Assembly: GCA_043228905.1 (NCBI GenBank)
Contig: JBHGNT010000003.1
Span: 21,514,001 to 21,578,000 of the forward strand
Reading direction: 5' to 3'
DNA length: 64,000 nt
From: Azolla caroliniana
Taxonomy: Eukaryota > Plantae > Polypodiophyta
Made by a program: the position numbers and the translations under genes
The notes under the pieces: generated by a model
What the model saw: the letters and a program-made list of their open reading frames with translations, nothing else
Told to the model about the DNA's origin: nothing
The model's database searches: none
Shown: in pieces, positions 22,542-34,552 of the stretch
Layout of the letters: the number at the start of each line of letters is the position of its first letter
How positions within the stretch are numbered: position 1 is the stretch's first letter

Positions 22542-24164
22542 ATGTTAGGGAATATGAATCTTACAACATTAAGGGATGAACATGCAATGTTGAGCCAAGG
22601 AGTGATGGTACATGGTACAATCCTATCTATGTGGATGGACTCGACAAACTGGATGGAAGTGATATTGTGGGCGAGTCTACCATTAATAGGAATAAGTTTC
22701 TTTCGAGCATTGATGGCATACAACAGAAATCCTTCATGTCCTATCGATTGGCCTGTGGTGAGAATGTTGCCCGGGTTATTGATTAACGCACAAAACTTTT
22801 ATGAATGGTTGACGATATTACTAATAGAGAATGGAGGAAGCTTTCAATTCTGGGGACCCTGGTTCACAAACATCAACTATTACTTTACAGCTGATCCAAG
22901 GAATGTGGAGCATGTATTGCGTCTAAATTTCAACAATTATCCGAAGGGTCCTAATTTCATTGATATGTTCCGAGATTTATTGGGCAATGGAATATTCAAT
23001 GCAGATGATGAACTATGGCTCCTACAAAGGAAAGCATCAAGCTTACAACTGAAGTCGAGAGTGTGCAAGAAATTCACAGATGAGACAATCATCACATCTG
23101 TCAACAAGAAGCTACTTCCGATTCTTCACCATTTCTGTGATACTGCTACTCCTATTGACCTACAAGATCTCATGTTGCGTTTCACATTCGATACAATGTG
23201 TAACGTGGGTTTTGGGATGGACGTGGGATGCCTTTCCCAGGATCTCCCCTCAGTCCCCTTTGCTTCTGCTTTCGAGCATGCCCTTGATTGCATCATGCTT
23301 CGCTTCTTTCTTCCCCCAACTTGGTGGAAAACCCTCAAGTTCCTTCAAATTGGTAAAGAGAATGGAATGCCTGCCTCCATCCAAGCAGTTAACCACTTCC
23401 TTGATCATATCGTCTCGACTCGTCGTCGTGAACTTCAAGTTGATGCTTGCCCAAATTCTAAAGCTGACCTCTTGTCTTGCTTTATGAGACTCGAAGAGCA
23501 TTCACGTGATGACAAGTTCCTCAAAGACATGTCTATTAACTTCCTACTTGCTGGTCGTGACACCTCTGCCCTTGCTCTCTCTTGGTTCTTTTGGTTGGTT
23601 GCTACCCATCCAGACGCTGAAGAAAAAATCGTTGAGGAAGTGAAACAAGTGTTTGGTTCTTCAAACAAGCCCTCACTAAGTAGGGATGCCCTTCGTAGAT
23701 TGACCTACCTCCATGCTGCTTTATCTGAGGCCCTTCGCCTATACCCATCAGTGCCGGTGGATGTAAAGCATATAATGGAGGATGATGTCTTGCCTGATGG
23801 AAACCATGTAAAGAAGGGCCATAGGTTCACGTATTCCATGTATAGCATGGGTAGACTGCAAAGCATTTGGGGATCCGATTGCACATCGTTTCGTCCCGAG
23901 CGGTGGCTTTCGGAGGATGGCACCTCATTTAGACAAGATATTTCACCTTTCCAATATCCTGCATTTAATGCAGGTCCTCGGACATGTCTTGGTAAAGACA
24001 TGGCCTACTTCATAATGAAGGCAGTGGCATCCATGTTGTTACTCCATTTCAAAGTGAAGTTGGTCCCTGGACACAAGGTAGTCCCTAAGCTTTCCATCAC
24101 ATTATATATGAAGCATGGTCTACTTGTAACATTGGAACCTCGTGAGACCAAACTCGGAGAATAA
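22542..24164 (+). CDS. CYP86: Cytochrome P450, CYP86 clan (fatty acid omega-hydroxylase-like, resembles CYP86B), intronless CDS
   Basis: 540-aa ORF with N-terminal TM helix, I-helix AGRDTS, K-helix EALR, FRPERW and heme motif FNAGPRTCLG; NYPKG and GIFNAD clan motifs; true start may be the ATG at 22629, 22635 or 22653. Confidence 0.92.
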   Translation: MLGNMNLTTLRDEHAMLSQGVMVHGTILSMWMDSTNWMEVILWASLPLIGISFFRALMAYNRNPSCPIDWPVVRMLPGLLINAQNFYEWLTILLIENGGSFQFWGPWFTNINYYFTADPRNVEHVLRLNFNNYPKGPNFIDMFRDLLGNGIFNADDELWLLQRKASSLQLKSRVCKKFTDETIITSVNKKLLPILHHFCDTATPIDLQDLMLRFTFDTMCNVGFGMDVGCLSQDLPSVPFASAFEHALDCIMLRFFLPPTWWKTLKFLQIGKENGMPASIQAVNHFLDHIVSTRRRELQVDACPNSKADLLSCFMRLEEHSRDDKFLKDMSINFLLAGRDTSALALSWFFWLVATHPDAEEKIVEEVKQVFGSSNKPSLSRDALRRLTYLHAALSEALRLYPSVPVDVKHIMEDDVLPDGNHVKKGHRFTYSMYSMGRLQSIWGSDCTSFRPERWLSEDGTSFRQDISPFQYPAFNAGPRTCLGKDMAYFIMKAVASMLLLHFKVKLVPGHKVVPKLSITLYMKHGLLVTLEPRETKLGE

Positions 24165-26249
24165 TGAAGCCACTTCATAATTCATGTCGTAGCTGCACTT
24201 TGTAGAACATGTTTTAGCATTGATATCTCGTAGAGGCAATCTATGAGAGTGTGTATGCTATATTGGAGTGGATTTAATGTGTTTGTAAAAGTGTAAGAGA
24301 AGTTCTATTTCGATGAACAAAGCATGGTATTTACAATTAGTATCATGGTGATTATATGATATTACCCTTCTTGACAGTTGTTCAGAGTTTACCTTTCTTC
24401 TAAGATAATGATTTCGCATATGTAATCGTAAAAGGATTATATAATTTAACTTTCTATTGATGCTTGGATTGGACCTATAGCTCGTGGCATTGTACAAATC
24501 TCACTCTGGTTGCCCATATATGTCATTAGTTTGCTGGGGAAATAGACAATGCTGCATGTAAAATTTGTAAGTAATTAACATTTGTGAATGAATAGGATAG
24601 CCTTTTTGCACAATTTTTTCTATAGTTCATGTGTAAAACTATATGTTGCCTTGTGTGCACTTTAAGCTCCATCTGACTATCATTTTAACTACTTTGACAT
24701 TGAAAATACTCCTGTTGATAACCCTTGGCACAAAGGACATTTGGTGAACTTATCTTAGATATAGCCTTTGTGTCATTTTCTTTTGATTCCTAACCTTATT
24801 GTCGTTGCTCGTGTGGTGATAAACAACCCAAAAGGAGCTACGAAAGGATGAGTAGGTGAAACCATTGAAAGTAACTCTCCATCTTGGGGTTCTAGTATTG
24901 ATGGACTTGGTAGATGCTCTATGACCTCTGACCGAATTGAAGTGGAGAATTAAGATCCAAGGCCAAGTTATCCCTCGGTAGAAAGTGTAGATAGAACTGT
25001 GTTGTATATATGTTGTGGTGTCCCTTTGGTTCAAGCGCATGCCTTCATGTTGTGGTGTACATTTGTTCCTTTGTGCCACCCTTTTAGCACGCATGTAACC
25101 AAGCCAACCCAAATGGGTACCTATGTGTCAACTATAAATTGAGCAAGTAGTAAGAAGGAAGGCAAGCTAGTTTGGATTCTCTTTATGTGCATTTCACACA
25201 CACACACACTATATATATATATAGGCCAAGGGCTACGTGCGCTACTAAAAGACAATGAAGGGCCTTGGACCAAGTTCGGTGATTCTTGGCCTTTGGAATC
25301 AAGTCGGGTGATAAAGTTTGAAAAGTACCAATTTCGGAATAAAGTTGTGCGTTGCTGGACAGGGAGGTTGACTTTCCAAAGGGTTCTCTCATTCATTCGA
25401 TATCTTCAATAACTACTTTTCCATGTCCACTTTTGATCTCTATTTTCTTTTCATATCCAATTGTAATTTGTTACCCTATCCAACCAAAGGCTCACGTTAT
25501 CCTGTCTACCAAAGGTTCTATCATGATTTACCCAAACAGTCAAAGAAGAATCCATACATATTCACCCAAACATACATGGAAAACTCCACACAGATAACCA
25601 CATATTTAAATTGATCTAGAATCCAAATTTATCTAGTATAGAATAGCATTGGACACATGCATGTGTATTCCAAAATATCTTCTGGTGCAGCTAATAATAT
25701 AAAGCCATGGTTGACCAAAGAAAAGAGAAAGTGTGATGGAGACAGATTCAGAGATAGAGGTAAGAGTGAGAGAGAATGGCTTTAGTAGGTCTTAGATCAA
25801 AGAAGGCTTCATTACTACTTCATAGGACGAGAGAAGTGATTCCCACAAACTCAATACTTCTAGTAATCCAGTCCTACAGAACTTGCAGGTAACAGGCAAC
25901 GGCATCTCGTATTGTGATCTCATGGCATTTGTTTTTTCCCCCCTTTTCTATAGTCTCTTTTAGAACATATATGAATTACTTATGATAATTACTTGTCCAA
26001 CAGCACTCTTATTGTGATCTCTTCCAGGCATTTGTCGTTTTTTCCCTCTAGTAGTCTCTTTTAAAACATGTGAATTACTGATGATAATTTACACGTCCAC
26101 TTGTCTATTAAGAACCTTACATTCTGATGTCAATTACACTTGAATTACATTCCAATGATCAATTTACTTGTCCACCCATCAATTAAGAACCTTAATTACA
26201 CCATCCTTGTAATTCTAAGGCATGATGGGTTTGATGCTTGTTGGACAAT

Positions 26250-28720
26250 CTAAGTAAGGTAGTGGACTTCAGGTACTGAAAAATCTTAACAAATAGCCAG
26301 TGATGTAGCATAAATCTGGTCAAGTGCATCGTCATGCATCTTAGTGTGGTTCACCAGGGTTCTGCAAAAATATTAATAAATAGCCAGTGATGTAGCATAA
26401 ATCTGGTCAAGTGCATGATACAAGGTTTCGTGGGCTTCTAAGCATTTCTTGGCATTGTTGAGTTTCCATCTCTTTATCTCTTGAGGGTCTTTGGGAGCCA
26501 TGTCAGAACTGAGTGAGAGTTGTAGGGCATTGAGTATAGGTGATGGTTTGAGATTCATCATTTTGTACTTGATGATGTCTTATAAGAACTTTCTTTGATA
26601 TATTTGAATGCTATTATCTGGACCGTGCAAATTGAACTCGATGCCTAGCATTTAGTGAAGGGGGTCCACCATCTATGATGCAAAAGGTTGGTGCAAGTTC
26701 TTTGTTGGAAACTTCAATGTAATCAAAATCATTGCTAATAATCAGAATGTCATCTACATCAGCAGCGAAAATGAACATGTGATTACCATCATGTTGTGTA
26801 GAGGTTTTGTTCTGATCTGAGTTTTAGGGTTTAGGGTCATTGGAGTACCATGAAGGAAGGGTAGATGTTTTGGAACAAGTTCTTGAAGAGTATGTATAAG
26901 AGGTCCAGATGGTGAGGTTGTGGAGCATTGTTATTAGCATTAGCCATGTGGCTTATTATGTCTGGTAAATCATCCAAAGAGTCATCTTCATCAATGGTTT
27001 GATCTTCTAAGAGATGATTGGGTGATTCAGGAGAAGTGAGGAGATATTTATGTGATGGAGGTGACAAGACAGAAGCTTCATCAAAGATACCATTTCGACT
27101 AAATTGGAACTTACATGCAGTTGCGTTATAAAGGCAATGTCCTTTTCTTGCCGAAACAGATCATACCCGACAAAAATTTGCTTAGTTGTGCAATCTTCTA
27201 GTTTATTTTTTGATGATGTGGTATGGTTGTCTAGTGAAGAATTCCTTGTAATTGTAGTGTGCGATTGAATTCTTTCGAAGTAAATTTGCCTCCATTATCA
27301 CTTTGTAGGATTTTGATTTTTTGGTTTAATTGGTTTCCTACAAGGTTTTTGTAGGCTAAGAAATGGGGTAGGGCTTCAAATTTCTTTTAGAGGAAGTTGA
27401 TGATGGTGAAATGTGTGTAATAATCAATAAATGTCAGAAAGTAAGAGCTTCTGTGAGGGAAGGAGTGGGATTGGACCACATTGATCAGTCTGGATGAATT
27501 GGAGGGGATTTATTATGTGTTGGGTTGAATGAGGATATGGATTTGAGATCATTTTTCCAAAGAGCCAACCTTCACCCTTCACAAAAGTATCAAAGGGTTT
27601 TAAGATGAAAAGACTGGGTTTTCCATCTGCAAACTCTTGTATTTGGATCTTATAGCGGGCTTGAAGATGTGGTTGACCTAATTTGAGATGCCATGTTAAT
27701 GTGTTTTGGATTGCAATATCATAGATTTGGTGGGAGACATTAGATATTTTCATGGGTGTGATGGGAATTGGGTATAGGTTTTGTGTTTTGAACAAGGGAT
27801 TATATATGATATGCCATTTGAGATGGTAGTTGGGATTGGATGAGACAAGAATCACGAATTACCATTGGAGGTGAGTGTGTAGCCACAATCTGTTGCTTGG
27901 GTTACTGATAGAAGGTTCTTTTTGAGTTCTGGACAAAGTAGAGTTGATGGATTTGAAGGTGATTGTTGTTAGGTAGATTAACTGTGAGGGCACCATATCC
28001 TTTAGCTTGTTTGGTGTTGTCATTTCCAAGGAGTATGTCTAGAGGTGTGGTATGCCCTTGGTAGTATGTTGGGTACATTTTGTTGACTGTCATATGATGA
28101 TTGGCACCAATATTGAGGTACCAAGAAAGGTCTAAACCTGTTTTGTTGGTTAGATTGGTATTAATAAGTACATTTCTTTACATGATGGTGGTGGATTTTG
28201 CTAAAGTGGCAATCATTGCATTTCATTGCTTTGGTGATTTGATTATTAGATATTGTCTCTTTGCTTGTTTCCACAATCTTTCTCCTAGTGACGCAGTCTT
28301 TTGCAGCAATTGCACATAGATGTTCTTTGTTTCTGGTGGTTGTTTATTTGTGGTAGGACTTTCTGAGATTGTTGGTGGTAGGGCTGCTAAAAGCATGTTT
28401 ATTTGTGAATCCAAGGCCTGCAATTGTGGCATGATTATAGAAAGGTTTCAAAGTCATCACCTTCTTGGATGTGGAAGGTTGTCTATTGACGAAACAAAGT
28501 GATGGCATGAATTGTTTTGGTCTTTTCATATTGTTCGCTTAAGCATTCCCACATTTCTTGGTGGTCTCCTTGTTTGAGATGAGGTACATTGTGTCTGCTA
28601 CATGGAATTGAATTTCAGATTGTTCTTCAAAATCTTTATCTTGCCAGACTTAAAATTCTGGATCTTTGTTGTTGGGTTTGCATTTGTTTCCATCGATGTA
28701 TGCCCATAGATGTAACTCGC
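26250..28720 (-). mobile_element. Highly decayed Ty1/copia internal remnant upstream of P450 copy 2
   Basis: Minus-strand remnants WYLNIGANHHMT (protease), WHLKLGQPH (pre-integrase), QTDQCGP (integrase), DVDDILII (RT); no LTRs recognised; boundaries approximate. Confidence 0.7.
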
Positions 28721-29112
28721 AAATATTCAAGGAAGTTCACAGTCTTTTTCTTGGCCTAATTTTTTATGTTGTATACAAATACATATGTGCATGCATGCAT
28801 GCATACATTAGATACATACGTACATATGTACATGTGGCTGGCCATTTGTAGTGTGTATCAATGCCAGAGTTATTGCATACATATTAGCATGTTACACTAT
28901 GACTAAACACAATACTTTGTTAGAAATATGTTGGAAATTTGGATTCAGATGATAAGATAGTAAATGACTTTGAAATTATACTAGAGAATATACATCTTAC
29001 AACATTAGGGGATGAGCATGCAATGTCGAGCATTATCATCCAGACGAGCCAAGAAGGGATGCTACATGGATGATGGAACAATCTATTTTTTTTGATGGAC
29101 TTGTCCAAATGA

Positions 29113-30624
29113 ATGGAATTGATATTGTGGGTGAGTCTAGCATTAGTAGGAATAGGTTCTCTTAGAGCATTGATAGCATACAAAAGAAATGCTTCACATC
29201 TTGTCGATTGGCCTGTGGTGAGAATGTTGCCCGCATTGTTTGTGAATGCACACAACCTCCATGAATGGGTGACAACATTACTAATAGAGAATGGGAGAAG
29301 CTTTCAATTGTGGGGACCATGGTTCACAAACATGAACTATTACTTTACAGCTGATCCAAGGAATGTGGAGCATGTGTTGCGTCTAAATTTCAACAATTAT
29401 CCAAAGGGTCCTAATCACAACGATATCTTCCGAGATTTATTGGGAGATGGAATCTTCAATGCAGATAATGAACTATGGCTCCTACAACGAAAAGCATCAA
29501 GCTTACAACTAAAATCACGAGCATGCAAGAAATTCGCCGACGAGACAATCGTCTCATCCGTCAATGAGAAATTAGTTCCGATTCTTCACCATTTATGTGG
29601 TAATGCCACTCCGATTGACCTACAAGATCTCATGCTGTGCTTCACATTCAATACAATGTGTATCATAGGTTTTGGGATGGACATGGGATACCTTTCTCAT
29701 GAGCTCCCTTCGATTCCCTTTGCTTTGGCTTTTGAGCATGCCCTTGATTGCTCTGGCTTTTGTTTCTTTCTTCCCCCATCTTGGTGGAAAACCCTAAAGT
29801 TCCTTCAAATTGGTAAAGACAATGGAATGCCAGCCTCCATCCAAGAAGTTAACAACTTCCTTGATCATGTCATCTCAACTTGTCACCGTGAACTTCGAAT
29901 TGACTCTTGCCCAAATTCTAAAGCCGACCTCTTGTCTTGCTTTATGAGACTGGAAGAGCATTCACAGGATGACAAGTTCCTCAAAGACATGTCTATTAAC
30001 TTCCTACTTGCCAGTCGGGACACCTCTGCCCTTGCTCTCTCTTGGTTCTTTTGGTTGGTTGCTACCCATCCACATTTTGAAGAAAAACTAGTTGAGGAAG
30101 TGAATCAAGTGTTTGGTTCTTCGAGCAAGCCCTCACTCACTAGAGATACCGTTCATCGATTGACCTATCTCTATGCCACTTTATCCGAGGCCCTACACCT
30201 TTACCCACCGGTGCCAATCGATGTAAAGCATATAATGGAGGTTGATGTCTTACTTGATGGAAATTGTGTAAAGAAGGGCCATAGGTTGACATATTCAATG
30301 TATAGCATGGGTAGAATGCAAAGCATTTGGGGACCTGATTGCACATCCTTTCGTCCCAAGCGGTGGCTTTCCAAGGATGGCACCTCTTGTAGACAAGATA
30401 TTTCACCTTTCCAATATCTTGCATTTAATGCAGGTCCTCGGACATGTCTTGGTAAAGACATGGCCTACTTCTTAATGAAGGCGGTGGCATCCATGTTGTT
30501 ACTCCATTTTAAAGTGAAGTTGGCCCTTGGACACAAGGTAGTCCCTAAGGTTTCCATCACATTATATATAAGGAATGGTCTATTTGTAACATTGGAGCCA
30601 CGTGAAATCAAACTCCTAGCATAA
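29113..30624 (+). CDS. CYP86: Cytochrome P450 CYP86-clan paralog; frame open but key motifs mutated (probable pseudogene)
   Basis: 503-aa ORF collinear with copy 1; heme motif intact but AGRDT>ASRDT, EALR>EALH, PERW>PKRW; TGA just upstream where copy 1 has TGG. Confidence 0.85.
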   Translation: MELILWVSLALVGIGSLRALIAYKRNASHLVDWPVVRMLPALFVNAHNLHEWVTTLLIENGRSFQLWGPWFTNMNYYFTADPRNVEHVLRLNFNNYPKGPNHNDIFRDLLGDGIFNADNELWLLQRKASSLQLKSRACKKFADETIVSSVNEKLVPILHHLCGNATPIDLQDLMLCFTFNTMCIIGFGMDMGYLSHELPSIPFALAFEHALDCSGFCFFLPPSWWKTLKFLQIGKDNGMPASIQEVNNFLDHVISTCHRELRIDSCPNSKADLLSCFMRLEEHSQDDKFLKDMSINFLLASRDTSALALSWFFWLVATHPHFEEKLVEEVNQVFGSSSKPSLTRDTVHRLTYLYATLSEALHLYPPVPIDVKHIMEVDVLLDGNCVKKGHRLTYSMYSMGRMQSIWGPDCTSFRPKRWLSKDGTSCRQDISPFQYLAFNAGPRTCLGKDMAYFLMKAVASMLLLHFKVKLALGHKVVPKVSITLYIRNGLFVTLEPREIKLLA

Positions 30625-33109
30625 TGAAACCACTTCATATATCATGTGTATGATGTGTACTTCCAACAACATGTTTTAGCATTGATGTTTGGTAGAGGCA
30701 ATATTTGAGATCGAGTTTGCTATGAGTGGATGTAATGTGTTTGTAAAAGTGTAAAATCATAAGATATGGTATTTATAACCATTGTCGTGGTGGTTACATG
30801 ATATTTTCGGGTATGTAAATTGGTGTATGTAATCATAAAAGTATTATGAGATTCAACTTGTTAATCATGATATAGGCATTTGATTGATAGCTCATGCTAT
30901 ATGTCATTGATTAGTCAAGAAATATGCAATGTTGCAGGAAAAATTTGCATCTAGTTAATTTCTGTGAATGAATATTTTAACCCCTTTGCAAAATCTTTTA
31001 CGCTTTAATTTATACAACTATGCATTGCTTTGCATTTATTTAAGCTCCATCTGACAATCATTTCATAACTTCAACATTGAAGATACTCTTGTTATTGATC
31101 TTAACATAAAGGATATTGGGTAAAGTTATCTTAGATTTAACCTTTCTCCCGTTCTTTTGAATGCTAAACGTATTACATGCGCTCTCCAAATTATTAGTTC
31201 GTGATTAATAAATCGATGTTTAATTAGTTTCCGACCATTGCATCTCCATATATTATGTTTTTCCATATATAGCCCATGTATATATTGTGAAATGCACATA
31301 AAAGGAAACCAAACCAGCTTGCCTAGCTTCTTACTTATCGTTCAATTTATAGAAGATACAAAGGTACACATTTTGGGCCGGCCTAGCTACATGCGTCCCA
31401 AAAAGGTGTGCTAAAAGGGTGGGCTAAAACCGGTGGTGTGCTAAAAGGGTGGTGTGTTAAGAGGCATGCACTCGCATGAAAGGGACACCACAATATATTG
31501 GTAGAAAATTGTCTTTCTTTTTTTAACTGAATTCCCAATGTCTTCATTTCTTTCCTCGGTAACTGATATAAGAGAAAAAAAGGGATTCATTGATCATGAG
31601 AACAAATATAATTGAGCATAATGGGATGTGGGAACTGTATAAATTCTCACATGATACATAAGAACATTGCAAAGAGGAAATCGGGAAATAATAAAAACTT
31701 ACAATCATTTGGAGCCATATAGACTCAATGGAGGGATACTTCCACCATGAAAAGGTGGATGTTGGATGTTACGAAGGGTGAAAACTTGAAAAGGTTTTTC
31801 AACCATTTTCAGTTTAGTAGATGGAAATTAGATTATTAATGTTTATAATATCATAAAATGAGATTTTCTAGGACATTGCTCTTCTCATGTGAAGTGAGAT
31901 GGGAGTGAGAAGATGTGGTTGATTGTGTCTAGTTGTTTTCAGTGTGGTTGACCCAACATTGTCGTTAATGTGAATTTAGCAGTATTGTAATTTTCTATTC
32001 TCAGCATCCCTATTCTGGTCAACTATGACCAGGATCAACAAGGCACGATTTAGGGCCATTGTAAGGATATAATGGACATGTAGCTCCATTCATGTTGACA
32101 CATTCCAACTCTAAGATCAATTGTGTTATGTACCCACCAACTAGAGAGAGCTTTGCTATTATTTGTCTTCTATGTTTCGTAGCTAGCATTCATAGCTTGC
32201 ATTGGTGGTATGCCTCTGTGTCCTTTACTTTAGCCACATGCTTGTAAATGCTCTTTTAGACCCTCTACTTGGATCAATATGTAGTTAAGGCCAAATTGGG
32301 TGGGTGAGAAAAACCATCCTTTCTATGCATAGGTTAAATTTGGTGGTCAAGAGTGAACACCCTTTCTATGTGTATATGATCTATGTGAGTTGTTTGAAGA
32401 TACCCAAGACCCCAAACCAAGTTGGGAAATATTAGTGTGTTGAAGTCAACAAGTTAAGGAAAAATAACAACAATAATATTCAGCACAAAACTAGAAGAGC
32501 ACCCAAAACATGAAGTTCATAACATTGAAACAACATGCCAGAACCATAGTAAGGTTTTGTAAGGGACTGGTGTAAAATGGATTACAAGGGTCTAGAAGAA
32601 TGGGCAGATGACCTCATGCAATAGACAGTGAAGGAAGAATATGAAGAGAATAGACATTCTTGTACATGTAGTATGAGCTTTGTAACACAAATACATCCAC
32701 CAATAGTCCCAACTTGAAAGCCAGCAATGTGTACTCAAACACACATTACATTAATGATAACAACAAAGACCTTTCTCTAGGAAGGACTTAGCTAGAAGGG
32801 ATTGTTCTCTTTGCATTCATTAATTTAAGCTTAAGATGATTAGAAAAAAAGCATTAAAAAGCCCCAAAAGGGGAAGTTCTGGAATTCAACTTCAAATTAA
32901 CAAGGAACATATAGACTCTAGGATAAGACAACTTGCAAGGACTCATAGATTGAAATAACAGATACCAAGGACTCGTAGATGGAAGAAAACACCACAAAAG
33001 ATGAAGTTCATAACATGAAATAACAGATACCAAGGGAATGGCCTAAAGCAAAATTGCATGTGTTGTGGTGCATTCTATAGTAATACATGAGAAATGAAGA
33101 GCTTACAAA

Positions 33110-33128
33110 TATATACATACATACATGC

Positions 33129-33159
<31 letters not shown>

Positions 33160-33801
33160 TAGATTGACATATTCGCATTCGTGGGGGTTATCAAACGAAT
33201 GCATACGAATGCATGGAAAATATTCGTTTAAAAAAAAGAAAAAAAGAGTTCATAGTTTTTAGTTTCTAATATATATATCATATAACAAAGAGACTTTCAC
33301 ATTAAATAGGGAATATTTAATTTCACATTAAAAATGAGACTTAAACTAAATAATATTTTTATATAATAGATGAAAAACTTAAAAGTTAAAAGCATTTGTT
33401 TTATTTTTAATAAATATAATAAATAATAAATAAAAGGATCATTAATTCCTCACTTTTTACTCTCCCACAAAAAATGATATTTTTATTATTAAAAGGGGAG
33501 CTCATAGTAATATATATATATATATATAACTTAAATGTATTTGTTTTATTTTTTAATAAAACAAAAAATAAATATTAAATAAAAGGTTCATTAATTCCCC
33601 ACTTTTTACTCTCTTGACATTAAAAAGGGGACCTTAGACTAGTAATATATTTGTATAGTAGATGTAAAAATATTTGTTTTTTAAATAATAAATAAATAAA
33701 CAAATGGTTCTGTAATATTCTTGGGGTCATTTTGTATTCTAGATTATTACGGACGTCGAATACTACAAATTTCACGCATGGGTCAATCTATATATACACA
33801 T

Positions 33802-33832
<31 letters not shown>

Positions 33833-33870
33833 TATATGTATATACTTCAGGAGAGAGAGAGAGAGAGAGT
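33110..33870. repeat. AT-rich low-complexity region with TA/CA/GA microsatellites and an imperfect ~150-bp duplication
   Basis: ATTTGTTTTATTTTT...CATTAATTCC...ACTTTTTACTCTC at ~33395-33465 and ~33540-33615. Confidence 0.6.
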
Positions 33871-34552
33871 TGCGAAGTTGAGTGTTCAATAACTACATTT
33901 TTTCATATCACTTTTGACGTTGTGTTCTTTTTTATCTGAACTGTCTTGATTGTTATGCATGTACTGAAGAAAGTAAACATGGCTCACATTACCCTATCCT
34001 ACAAGGTTCTCTCATGATTACGCAAACATTCATAGAAAAACCCATACACATAATTACGTATTTATGTAGAATCGAAATTCCTCAAGAAAGAGGTCTATCT
34101 TGTATATCAAGTAGATTATCCTGTGTTAAATAGTGATAGCTACCCCCTAGCAGGCCAGCCTAAGATCAAGATGATATAGCATTTTGTATGTGACATTTGT
34201 AATTCTTCAAAATAAGATTACAGAATTGGTCTGTGATTTCCAGATTCTTTAGAGCATGCATGTATCCTGTAATTTATGAAGACTAATTGAGGATGACAAG
34301 AACCATCATCGAAGTGAGGTATTAAAATCCAAACTACTATTATTGAGGCATTGGGACGCTTTCTTTTGTGATTATGGTCTCAACTGAAAACAGAGTTTCA
34401 AAAGAGACCCATGTGATTTGCTTTGACTTTGAGTTATCAACTCAAAAAGTAAGACATGTTCAAAAGAACTAGGCTACTTCCTACATGTCCTAGCAAAAAA
34501 TGGAAATCGAACACACTTTATCTAAACAACAAATTTCTAGGATCTATCAACT

